A DNA stretch of 64,000 bases, taken from assembly GCA_016234365.1 (NCBI GenBank), contig JACRER010000079.1, forward strand, positions 82,233 to 146,232, given 5' to 3'. Under the pieces are notes generated by a model. That model saw only the letters and a list, made by a program, of their open reading frames with translations, was not told where the DNA came from and made no database searches. The position numbers were made by a program, and so were the translations under genes. Shown piece by piece: positions 29,508 to 38,531 of this stretch. The stretch's first letter is position 1; the number at the start of each line of letters is the position of its first letter. This DNA is from Elusimicrobiota bacterium. Its GTDB lineage: Bacteria; Elusimicrobiota; Elusimicrobia; Elusimicrobiales; UBA9959.

Positions 29508-30118
29508 GCGGAACCGAAGATCTGAAGAACCTTTTGGACCGGCTGAAGGACGAGGTGGGCCCCCTGCCGGAACCGCCGCAGCGCCGCGAGGCGCCGCCGC
29601 GGTCGGAAGTTCCCGCCGCCAGGGCGCTGCCCGCCGACGGCCAGGCGCCCAGGCGTCCGGACTATTTTCCGCGGTCCTACCGGGCCGAAGCGCCGCGCGC
29701 CCAGGCTCCCGGGCACGGCCAGCCCAACCTGGTCTGGAGCGAGAACAAAGAGACCATACTTTTCGGCATGCTGACGGCGCTGATAGCGGCGTTCGGCGGG
29801 ATCCTCTCCGGCCTGGACTACCTGGTGCTGATAGGCGGCGTGGTGTTCATGCTGTTCTCGTTCATGATGCTGTTGACGCTGTTCGGTTATTACCTTAATT
29901 CCCGCCGCAAGAGTGGAGCGCCAGACGGGCAGGGGCTGGCGGAGAAAGTGGAGGCGCTTTCGCGCAGGGTGGAGGCGCTCTCTTCCATGGCCGCCTCGGG
30001 AGGCGGGGTGGGCTACGCACCTTCGCAGGAGAAGGAACGCGAGCTGGAGCATAAAGTGGATGAGCTGCGCGTGCTGGTAAAGACGCTCTCTCGCGCGGTT
30101 GAGCAGCAGGACAGGTAA
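29504..30118 (+). CDS. Two-TM membrane protein with Pro-rich linker and C-terminal coiled coil
   Basis: ATGA overlap; TM hairpin ILFGMLTALIAAFGG...LLTLFGYY; LEHKVDELRVLVKTL. Confidence 0.8.
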   Translation: MSGTEDLKNLLDRLKDEVGPLPEPPQRREAPPRSEVPAARALPADGQAPRRPDYFPRSYRAEAPRAQAPGHGQPNLVWSENKETILFGMLTALIAAFGGILSGLDYLVLIGGVVFMLFSFMMLLTLFGYYLNSRRKSGAPDGQGLAEKVEALSRRVEALSSMAASGGGVGYAPSQEKERELEHKVDELRVLVKTLSRAVEQQDR

Positions 30119-30148
30119 AAACGCCCTAAATATATATATAATTACCCT

Positions 30149-30838
30149 ATGAAGATACTCTCCCTTGCGCTGTCAATTCTGACGCTCTTCGGTTCCGTGC
30201 CGGCCTTCAGCCTGGAGCTTACGCTGCCCGCCCCGGAAAAAGAATACTTCATAGAGGCCGGCGATATCATCAACGTCAACGTTTCCCCGGCGGACGAATT
30301 TTCCAAGGAAGTTACGGTGCAGCCGGACGGGACCATAGAGATCCCGCTGCTGGGGTCCCTTAAGGCCTCGGGACTGAAGGCCGACGACCTGGCCAAGCAG
30401 CTGACCGCCAAATTCTCCAAGTACGTGGCTAACCCCAGCATCACGATCAACGTGCGCAAGTTCGCCTCCAATAAGGTGGCGGTGATAGGGCAGATAACCA
30501 GCCCCGGTTACTACGAGTACCGCGAGGGTATGCGCCTGCTGGACCTGGTGGCGCAGGCTTCCGGCCCGCAGGATTACGCCCGGTCGGCCAAGGTGCGCAT
30601 CTACCGCCGCACGCCCGGCCCCGACGGTAAATTCACCGAGCAGGTCATTAAGGCCGACCTCGGCGCGGTGCTGGACGGCAAAATGGACAAGAACATCCAG
30701 CTGCTCAACGGGGACATAGTCTACATCCCGAAGAAACCTTTTTACAAGACCGCCAAGTGGATAACCGATAATTTCCTGCCGTGGGCCACGCTGTTCACCT
30801 TTGCGGTAACGGCGAGCATTGTGGCGAGGAAGAACTGA
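30149..30838 (+). CDS. wza: Polysaccharide export OPX/Wza-family protein
   Basis: YFIEAGDII, VQPDGTIEIPLLG, SLBB (VIGQITSPG), LLNGDIVYIP, C-terminal amphipathic helix. Confidence 0.85.
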   Translation: MKILSLALSILTLFGSVPAFSLELTLPAPEKEYFIEAGDIINVNVSPADEFSKEVTVQPDGTIEIPLLGSLKASGLKADDLAKQLTAKFSKYVANPSITINVRKFASNKVAVIGQITSPGYYEYREGMRLLDLVAQASGPQDYARSAKVRIYRRTPGPDGKFTEQVIKADLGAVLDGKMDKNIQLLNGDIVYIPKKPFYKTAKWITDNFLPWATLFTFAVTASIVARKN

Positions 30839-30840
30839 GC

Positions 30841-32697
30841 ATGGACGCACAGGAACTTACACTCTACGATTACTGGCGCATAGTCAACAGGCGCAAGTGG
30901 ATGGCGCTGATGGTCTTTGCCGTCACGGTCTTTTCCACGATGTTCTATACGCGCCTGCAGCCCACGGTTTACCGCAGCCAGGCCCTCATCCAGATAAAGC
31001 CCCCGGCCTCCTACAGCCGCATCCCCGGTTCCGAGATAAACGATTTCGATCCCTGGAGCGCGGTGGCCACCGAACTGAAGGTGATAACCTCCTCGGAGAT
31101 CTCCGAGCGCGCGGCGGCCAAGCTCGGCCTGCCCGCCGGGCCCTCCTCCACCGCCCGGATAGCCGGTTCCTTTAAGGTGGAGCGCCTGTCGGATTCCAAC
31201 CTGATCTCCCTTTCCGCGTTCAGTTCCGACCCGGGCCGCGCGGCCGACATGGCTTCCGCCGTTATCGACGCCTACCGCGACTACGACCTGGAACAGAAGA
31301 GCCGCCAGGCCCGCAAGACGCTGGAGGACATCTCCGCCCGCAAGAACGAGGTGGAGGACAACCTGCGCACCCTGGAAAAACAGAAACAGACTTTTATAGA
31401 GCGTAACCCCAAGACCGGCCTGGGTTCGGCGCTCGCCAACCAGCTGGCCGACCTGGAGATAAAGAAACGCGAGCTGCTGGAGAAGTACACCCCCAACCAT
31501 CCCGACGTGCTGAGCCTGGAGCAGCGCATAGACGTGGTGCAGCAGAAGCTGGAGGAGATCCCCGCGCAGGAAGTGGAGCTGGCCCGCATCAGCCGCGAAG
31601 TGCGCATGCAAGAGGAACTCTACACCACGCTGAATAAGCAGTACGAGGAGGCCAAGCTGGGCGTCTCCTCCATGGTCTCTTTCGTAAGCGTGGTGAACCG
31701 CCCCATCCCCGAGACCGCGCCCATTTCTCCCAACAGCCGCCTGAATATGATGGTGGGCGCCGTGCTTGGCCTGTTCCTTGCCGTGGTGCTGGTGTTCCTG
31801 CTGGAGAACCTTGACGTTTCCATCTCCACCATCGAGGACATCGAGAATTTCATAAAGCTGCCGGTGCTGGGCATTATCCCCAACATCTTGAGCGAGAAGC
31901 CGCTGGACAACTGGCTGACCAATGTCTTCAAGAAAGAGCGCTACACGGTGGACGCGTTCCGCAGCGTCCTGATAGTCAACCGCAAGTATTCCTCCAGCGT
32001 CATAGAGGCGTACCACACGCTGCGTACCAACATCATGTCCAACCTCAAGACCAAGGAAAGCGTTTCCCTGGTCATCAGCTCCGCCGGGGCCGCCGAGGGC
32101 AAGACGCTCACCGCCGTTAATTTCGCCCTGGCCAGCGCCCATTCCGGCCTGCGCACCCTTCTTATAGATGCCGACCTCAGGCGCCCCGCCATTAACCAGA
32201 TCTTTGGCACCCGCAGGGAACCTGGCCTCTCCGACGTGCTGGCCGGCAAGGCCGACTGGCGCGACGCCGTGCTGGAGAGCGCCGATTTCATTATGGGCGG
32301 CCTGGACTTCGACCAGCTCATGCGCTTTCCCGGAATAGAGAACCTGAAGGTGCTCAACTGCGGCACGCAGACCGGTAACGTCGTGGACCTGCTGGATTCC
32401 GCCAACTGGAAAGAGATCATGGGCGAACTCAAGAGCGAGTTCGACATGATAATCTTCGACGCGCCCCCGGTGCTGCTGTTCGTGGATTCCGTGATGATAG
32501 CCAAGCACGCCTCCGACGGCGTGGTGCTGGTCTACAAGGCCGGCAAGATAGCCCGCGGCGCGCTGAAGCGCGCCAAGGACCAGATAGGCGGCGCCGCCAA
32601 GATGCTGGGCGTGGTGCTCAACGGCGTACGCGCCTCCGAAATGGGGCCGCAGTACGGCTACTACTACTACGACTACAAGAAGTACGCGCGGCGCTGA
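30841..32697 (+). CDS. wzc: Polysaccharide co-polymerase / BY-kinase (Wzc)
   Basis: Wzz-like N-terminus, YTPNHPDV, Walker A AEGKT, DADLRRP, FDAPP, C-terminal Tyr cluster YGYYYYDYKKY; ATG at 30841. Confidence 0.93.
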   Translation: MDAQELTLYDYWRIVNRRKWMALMVFAVTVFSTMFYTRLQPTVYRSQALIQIKPPASYSRIPGSEINDFDPWSAVATELKVITSSEISERAAAKLGLPAGPSSTARIAGSFKVERLSDSNLISLSAFSSDPGRAADMASAVIDAYRDYDLEQKSRQARKTLEDISARKNEVEDNLRTLEKQKQTFIERNPKTGLGSALANQLADLEIKKRELLEKYTPNHPDVLSLEQRIDVVQQKLEEIPAQEVELARISREVRMQEELYTTLNKQYEEAKLGVSSMVSFVSVVNRPIPETAPISPNSRLNMMVGAVLGLFLAVVLVFLLENLDVSISTIEDIENFIKLPVLGIIPNILSEKPLDNWLTNVFKKERYTVDAFRSVLIVNRKYSSSVIEAYHTLRTNIMSNLKTKESVSLVISSAGAAEGKTLTAVNFALASAHSGLRTLLIDADLRRPAINQIFGTRREPGLSDVLAGKADWRDAVLESADFIMGGLDFDQLMRFPGIENLKVLNCGTQTGNVVDLLDSANWKEIMGELKSEFDMIIFDAPPVLLFVDSVMIAKHASDGVVLVYKAGKIARGALKRAKDQIGGAAKMLGVVLNGVRASEMGPQYGYYYYDYKKYARR

Positions 32698-32736
32698 GCT
32701 GCGCCTGGCGCGCACCCCGGCGGCGGGGTCAACCTG

Positions 32737-34125
32737 ATGCCGATAATCTTCCTCCTAATTTCCGCTGTTGCGGCCGTAGCCCTGGGATTTCTGGCCGCCA
32801 CCTCTTCTCCCCAGTTTATAATGGGGGCGACCGCTTCCCTGCTGGTTTTCCTGTTCGCTTTCTTCTCTCCCAAACTGAGCCTCGCCCTGATGGTGGTTTC
32901 CATGCTGTTTTCCCCGGAGATAGGTTTCGGCGCACTTAACAGCCAGCGCTCGGTGGTGGTGCGCTATGACGACATCCTGCTGGTGGTGATCTTCTTCTCC
33001 TGGCTGGCCCGCTCGGCTATCCGCAAAGACACGGCCTTTGTGACCAATACGCCGGTGCAGAAGCCCATAATCCTTTACACCTCCCTGTGCGTCCTGTCCA
33101 CCATGCTGGGCGTGCTGCGCGGTGATATCCGATTTGAGGTTTCAGTTTTTTATCTGATGAAGTATGTGGAGTATTTCCTTCTTTATTTCATGACCGTCAA
33201 CGTGCTGGAGTCCAAAGAGGAAATAGCCAGGTACCTGCGCTACGCCTTCTTCGTGCTGCTGGCCGTAACGGTGTATGCTTATTTCTACTATTTCAGCTCC
33301 GGGTCCGGCGCCAGGGCCAGCGCCCCTTTCGAGGCGCCTTTGGGTAAGCCTCAGGAATCAGAACCGGCCTCCCTCGGCGGGTATTACCTGCTGGCCATGG
33401 GCGTGCTGCTCGCGCTGTTCGCTGAGGGGGGGGGGCGCCAGCTTGCTTACGCGCTGGGGACGCTGGCTTTTGTTTTTCCGGCCTTCCTGCTTACCTTCTC
33501 GCGCGCCTCTTACATCGGCTTTGCCCTCATGGCGCTCGCCCTCGTCATTAAGACTAACAAGCGGCGCCTGGCCTTGCTGGCTATGGTCATTGTCGGGCTC
33601 GGCGCCCTGTTCGCCACCCGGGGACTTTCCGAGAAAGTGCGTGAACGTGTGGAGATGACCTATAGCGGTCAGTATGCCACGCACGATGTCAGATTTTTGG
33701 GTATTGAATTCCGGCTGGAGGAATCCGCTTACATACGCTATGCTTCCCTGAGTGAAGCCTTTACAAAATGGCTTCCTCAACACCCGGTGCTGGGCCGCGG
33801 AGTTACGGGCGTGGGTCTGGGCGACACGCAATACACGTTGCTGATAGGCGAGCTGGGCATGGTCGGTTTCTTCTCTTTTTTCTGGATGCTTTACAGCATC
33901 TATTCGGCCGCTAAGGACGTCTATGAGGATTATGAGGAGCCTTGGATCAAGGCGGTGGCGCTGGGGCTGATCATCAGTCTGATAGGCCTGCTGGGGCAGG
34001 CAATAGGCGTTAACACCTTTATCATTGTGCGCATCATGGAGCCGTTCTGGTTCCTGACCGCCGTCATTATGAAACTTTACGTGCTAAGGCGAAATCCTAA
34101 GGAAATAGCCGCGGAGCAGGCCTAA
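32737..34125 (+). CDS. O-antigen ligase/Wzy-family polymerase
   Basis: About 12 TMs, LLTFSRASY, HPVLGRG, LIGELGMVG. Confidence 0.8.
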   Translation: MPIIFLLISAVAAVALGFLAATSSPQFIMGATASLLVFLFAFFSPKLSLALMVVSMLFSPEIGFGALNSQRSVVVRYDDILLVVIFFSWLARSAIRKDTAFVTNTPVQKPIILYTSLCVLSTMLGVLRGDIRFEVSVFYLMKYVEYFLLYFMTVNVLESKEEIARYLRYAFFVLLAVTVYAYFYYFSSGSGARASAPFEAPLGKPQESEPASLGGYYLLAMGVLLALFAEGGGRQLAYALGTLAFVFPAFLLTFSRASYIGFALMALALVIKTNKRRLALLAMVIVGLGALFATRGLSEKVRERVEMTYSGQYATHDVRFLGIEFRLEESAYIRYASLSEAFTKWLPQHPVLGRGVTGVGLGDTQYTLLIGELGMVGFFSFFWMLYSIYSAAKDVYEDYEEPWIKAVALGLIISLIGLLGQAIGVNTFIIVRIMEPFWFLTAVIMKLYVLRRNPKEIAAEQA

Positions 34126-35568
34126 ATGCCGGACGGTGACAGTCGGCTTTCAGTTTACGGCCTTCTTTCTATTCTTCTTTTCGGACTCTCGCTGCGGCTG
34201 CTTTTTTTCAGCGGCATGACGGGCTATGACGAGTTCCATTACGCGCACATAGCCCGCAACTTCGCCCTCGGCAATTTCTCGCTTCCCGAAGTTTCCGGCT
34301 ATTACGGGTTTAGGTACCTCGTTACCATCCCCGCCGCTTTTTTTACTTCCGTCTTCGGCCTGAACGCCGCGGCGCTGAGCCTCTGGCCGCTCGCCTGTTC
34401 CCTCGGTTCTATCTCTGTGGTTTTTCTGCTCGGCAGGCTCCTGTCCGGAGAGCGGGCCGGGCTGATAGCAGCCTTGCTCTACGCCTGCCTGCCGGGCAGC
34501 GTCATTTCCGGGACCATGCTTTACCCGGATGAGACCGTGACTTTCTTCACCGGGTTGTCCGCGCTGTTCTTCCTGAGGGGGGAAAAACAAAAGTCGGGAG
34601 GCGGGATATTATTCTTCCTGCTTGCCGGTCTGTTCTGCGGCCTGGGTTACCTTGCCCGCATAAACGCGCTGCTTATAATTCTTTTTTTCGCGGCGTACGC
34701 TGCTGTCAGTGGCTGGAAAACAGGGAGACTGGCCTTCTTCGCCGGTCTGGCTCTTGCCCTGCTTCCGGAAGCCGCTTTTAATTTCGCCAAAACCGGGGAT
34801 GTTCTCTTCTCCTGGAACGCCCAGCAGTTGCGGTTGGCCGCGGATGCCGTTAATTTTTCCACCAGTCTTCTGGTGTACCCGAGGGGGATGCTGGGTTTGG
34901 ACCTCTACGGCCTGGGCCTTTTCGGTTTTTTCTTTCACCTTTTCCTGATCTGCATGGGAGCCTATCTTATGGGCCGCAGGCCGGCCGGCAGCGGGCCGCT
35001 GCTGCTCTGGTTCGCCTGCGTTTTTCTGTACCTGGAATTCGGCCCGTCGCACTTGTCCCCTGGCGGCTATGTGCCCGCGCATAAGCAGTTGCGCTTCCTT
35101 TCCATGGCCGCCATGCCGGCCGTTCTTTTTTCGGCGCTTTACCTGGCTGAAATGAGGCGTGCCGCCGCCGCCTGCGCGGCGATGTTCATGGTTTTTACCT
35201 CTGCCTTCGGGGCGGCAAAGATATCGGAATATCACGCTTTCCATGCAGAGCCCTATGAACGGGCCTTTGCTTACATGAAAGACACCTCTCCGTTGGCAGT
35301 ATCGGTCCCCGACGAGGATTGGCGCGCACGCCTCAATTTCTATTATCGATCCCCCCTGTCTTTGCCCTATTATCCTTCCGGCGGAGCGGGCGGAGTACGG
35401 CTAGCCGGAGAACCGCGGCCAGCCAATGCGCATCCGCCGTTCTGGAGCGTTGCTGCGGGAGAGGCCAAAGCTTCTGAAGCCCAGGGAGCAGGGCCGGCAA
35501 AAACCGTGGCTTTGGGCGGAGGAGTATTTCTTAAGCGTTATTCAGCGAGCCCGACACCGCGTTTTTGA
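34126..35568 (+). CDS. GT-C fold (GT39/ArnT-like) membrane glycosyltransferase
   Basis: N-terminal GYDE..Y motif, multi-TM, GLGYLAR, RFL motif. Confidence 0.75.
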   Translation: MPDGDSRLSVYGLLSILLFGLSLRLLFFSGMTGYDEFHYAHIARNFALGNFSLPEVSGYYGFRYLVTIPAAFFTSVFGLNAAALSLWPLACSLGSISVVFLLGRLLSGERAGLIAALLYACLPGSVISGTMLYPDETVTFFTGLSALFFLRGEKQKSGGGILFFLLAGLFCGLGYLARINALLIILFFAAYAAVSGWKTGRLAFFAGLALALLPEAAFNFAKTGDVLFSWNAQQLRLAADAVNFSTSLLVYPRGMLGLDLYGLGLFGFFFHLFLICMGAYLMGRRPAGSGPLLLWFACVFLYLEFGPSHLSPGGYVPAHKQLRFLSMAAMPAVLFSALYLAEMRRAAAACAAMFMVFTSAFGAAKISEYHAFHAEPYERAFAYMKDTSPLAVSVPDEDWRARLNFYYRSPLSLPYYPSGGAGGVRLAGEPRPANAHPPFWSVAAGEAKASEAQGAGPAKTVALGGGVFLKRYSASPTPRF

Positions 35569-36877
35569 GCAGGATGAAGTCCTGCTTCCCGGGCACGAGG
35601 AAAGACCAGGGGTGATTGCCGGTGTGCCGCCAGTAAAGGACCGAGATCGTAATCCCAGAAGCGCAGTAAGACAGCGAGGTCGCTATTGCGGCCCCGGCTA
35701 TTCCGTACGCCGGAATGGCCGCTATGCTGGTCCCGGCTGAAAGAAGCAGGGCCACGGCCGAAGTCAAAGCCGGGTATTCCGGTTTCCCGCGGGCGGCCAG
35801 GTCGTTGCCCAGGACTTTTGTGATGCCCAGCGCGATGACGCCGGGGATAAGCATTGCGGCTGGTGCCGCCGCCCCGGAGAATTGTTCCCCGAAAAGAAAG
35901 CCGATCAGGTGCGGCGCGAGCAGAAGCAGGCCGGCGCCGGCCGCGATGGTCAGCGCCAGCGTGATGCGGGAAACCTGGGGTGTTATCCGGTCGGCGGTTC
36001 GCGCGTCGCTGGCGGAAATTTTAGGGAACAGTACATACCCGACCGCGTTCGGGATATACCAGATGGTCTCCGCTATCATGACCGATACGGAATATATCCC
36101 CACGTTCACCGGCGTCATAAAAAAATTTATCAGGAATATGTCCAGGCGGTAGTTCAGCAGTTGTATGACGCTGCCGACAAAACCTTTTGCCGAATAGGTC
36201 AGGATATCCCTTATCATCCGCGGGCTGAATGAAATAGTCAGTTTCTCCAGCCTGCGGGAATACAGCCAGGACGCCAGCAGCGCCGCCCAAAAAGAGGTCG
36301 CGGTGGCGGCGATGGCGCCTTTTATCCCGGACTGAAAGGCCAGGAGCAGGACCGCGACCAGCGCGAGAGTCAGGAAAGAGCGGAGCAGGTCTATAGTGGA
36401 GGCGGTTTTGATGCGCTGGCTGCCCAGTATGGCCCCGCTGAAAGGGATCCCCAGCATGACCGCTGGATAGATGAAAAAAGACAGCAGCAGGTAATCAGTA
36501 GAGAGTCCCTTAAAGGCGAACCTGGAGATCTCCGGCAGGAATGCCAGGTAGAGGGCTCCGAAGACGAGCGTCAAAAGGGCGCATAGACTGAAGACATTGC
36601 CCATTAGCAGGCCAGGGGTGTACTTCCTGTTGCCGATGTAATAAGTGGTGCCGGCGCCCATATTGAACGCCGTGAAAGTGCTGAGGAGCATCGGGGCCAG
36701 TATCGCCAGGGAATATATCCCCTTCCCCTCGGGCCCTGTGGCGCGCGCGATGAGGACATTGTACAGGATGGCTATGGTTACGGAGACGACCTGGGCGCCC
36801 AGCGTGAACGCCACATTCTGCGCGAACTGCGGCAGGCGGCTGAAAAAGGCGCGGGGGGGAACCCGCGGCTCAGCCAC
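35531..36877 (-). CDS. Wzx-type oligosaccharide flippase
   Basis: IARATGPEGKGIYS, NYRLDIFLI, VGIYSV, IPAYGIAGAAIAT. Confidence 0.88.
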   Translation of the reverse strand: MAEPRVPPRAFFSRLPQFAQNVAFTLGAQVVSVTIAILYNVLIARATGPEGKGIYSLAILAPMLLSTFTAFNMGAGTTYYIGNRKYTPGLLMGNVFSLCALLTLVFGALYLAFLPEISRFAFKGLSTDYLLLSFFIYPAVMLGIPFSGAILGSQRIKTASTIDLLRSFLTLALVAVLLLAFQSGIKGAIAATATSFWAALLASWLYSRRLEKLTISFSPRMIRDILTYSAKGFVGSVIQLLNYRLDIFLINFFMTPVNVGIYSVSVMIAETIWYIPNAVGYVLFPKISASDARTADRITPQVSRITLALTIAAGAGLLLLAPHLIGFLFGEQFSGAAAPAAMLIPGVIALGITKVLGNDLAARGKPEYPALTSAVALLLSAGTSIAAIPAYGIAGAAIATSLSYCASGITISVLYWRHTGNHPWSFLVPGKQDFILLKNAVSGSLNNA

Positions 36878-37829
36878 GGCGCCTCGCGCCGGTCATGCGC
36901 CTGGCCAGGGAGAATAAAAATTGTTTTACCCGCCCTTTAAAGACCTGGTAGATATTCTGTGCGGCCTTCTCCATCGCCGCGAAGTCGCCAGGGAACACCA
37001 TGCCGCCGGTATCGGTGCAGATGACCGATTTGCCGCTGATGCGCGCGATCTGTAGGGCTTCGGCGTGGGAGCTTTCAAAGAACATCACGGCCCCGGTCTC
37101 CGCGTACATTTTGGCCTTGAAGGGGGCGTGGCTGCCCAGGCGTATGCGGGTGGCTTGGTCCGGCAGGTCAAGCATTAGTAGGCGCTCGTAGGGGATATGG
37201 TTGGCGGCCAGCCAGGCCTGCGTCAGGTCCCTGTATTTTTCCAGCCTGGAGGTGACCAGCCATTTCACGCGGACGGAAGGCCTGATCTTCAGCGGCACCG
37301 TGGAAATAAATTCCCGATAGGCCGGCCCGTCGTCGTTCTCTTTCGGCTCAGGGTCCCTGCAGAGTATCCCGTCTATATCCATGCAGGAATTCTCAAGCAC
37401 CGGGTGGTGGAAGATGCCCCATTCGAAGAGCCGCGGCACGGGCAGGACCTGGTAATAAAGGTCCACCAGGGCGGCGCTCTCCTGGCCTATGTAGGGCGCC
37501 GCGAAAATAAAAGCGCAGTCCTTGCGGGCGGCGGACAATTTTTGTTTCGCTTCGAGCATGGCCCTGCCGGTGAACACGGTGTCGTCCACTATAAGGACGC
37601 GGTTGTAGACCTTCTTGTCCAGGTACATGCCGCGCGCCCCCACGCCCATCACCCGGCCTTCCAGGAAGCCGTCTATGTCTGCCAGAGGCTTGTGCATATA
37701 GAAGGCGATAAGGTTGGCGGCGAGCATGCCGCCGCGCGGTATGCCTACTACCGTGTCTATATCTTTAGGGAGGGCGCTCATCCAATCCAGGATGTCCCGG
37801 TTCAGGTCCGCGACACTTTTATAGTTCAT
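36870..37829 (-). CDS. Type I phosphoribosyltransferase fused to HAD-like phosphatase
   Basis: VVGIPRGG and PRPP loop VLIVDDTVFTG; C-terminal half MDIDGILC, LVTSR, FKA. Confidence 0.8.
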   Translation of the reverse strand: MNYKSVADLNRDILDWMSALPKDIDTVVGIPRGGMLAANLIAFYMHKPLADIDGFLEGRVMGVGARGMYLDKKVYNRVLIVDDTVFTGRAMLEAKQKLSAARKDCAFIFAAPYIGQESAALVDLYYQVLPVPRLFEWGIFHHPVLENSCMDIDGILCRDPEPKENDDGPAYREFISTVPLKIRPSVRVKWLVTSRLEKYRDLTQAWLAANHIPYERLLMLDLPDQATRIRLGSHAPFKAKMYAETGAVMFFESSHAEALQIARISGKSVICTDTGGMVFPGDFAAMEKAAQNIYQVFKGRVKQFLFSLARRMTGARRRG

Positions 37830-38410
37830 GGTTTAACGCAGGTAACCCGCAGACATGGGGCAAGCGTGCTGTGCGGGTCCCGGGCAGGCTCATCCTGCAC
37901 CGAGGTAAAGCCGCAGTTTCCCAGCAGGGCTTTCAGGCGGCGTACGTTGTATCCGAAATAATGGAAATCAGAGGCGTAACGCTGAAGGCCGAAAATATGG
38001 TCGAGAAAAGTGTCGTCGCCGCCCATATAGCCTTTTACGTCTGCGTCGAAGTCGGGGCATTCCATGATGAGCCGCCCGCCAGGCTTCAGGACGCGGTGCC
38101 AGGACCGCAGGGCGGGCTCAAGGTCGTGACGGCCCAGGTGTTCGATGACGTGGTAGTTCTCTATAAGTTCGAAGGAGCCGGTCCTGAAGGGCAGGCGGCG
38201 GATGTCGCAGACCATGTCGGTGGCATGTGTTTTGCGGATATCGAGGTTCAGGTAGCCGTCGAAATGCCTGTCGCCGCAGCCCAGGTGCAGTTTGCCGGAC
38301 CACAGGGACGGCGCGCAGGCCGTAACGGCCCGCCAAAAAAGGTCCCGGGCCAGGTTGATGGTGGCCGACTGGTACCAGAAATGGTAGATGGCTTTTATTA
38401 TTTTCAGCAC
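37826..38410 (-). CDS. Class I SAM-dependent methyltransferase
   Basis: KLHLGCG, HVIEHL, RVLKPGG; GTG start. Confidence 0.88.
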   Translation of the reverse strand: MLKIIKAIYHFWYQSATINLARDLFWRAVTACAPSLWSGKLHLGCGDRHFDGYLNLDIRKTHATDMVCDIRRLPFRTGSFELIENYHVIEHLGRHDLEPALRSWHRVLKPGGRLIMECPDFDADVKGYMGGDDTFLDHIFGLQRYASDFHYFGYNVRRLKALLGNCGFTSVQDEPARDPHSTLAPCLRVTCVKP

Positions 38411-38531
38411 GTTGGTTCTTGGCGGACCTGGCCTTTAGGTGCGGCCCCGCCCGTTGATTCTAACTCTTTTATCACCCTGCGGTAAATATGGCTAGGGTCA
38501 GGCCGCTTTTATATATAATTGACCAAGACTA

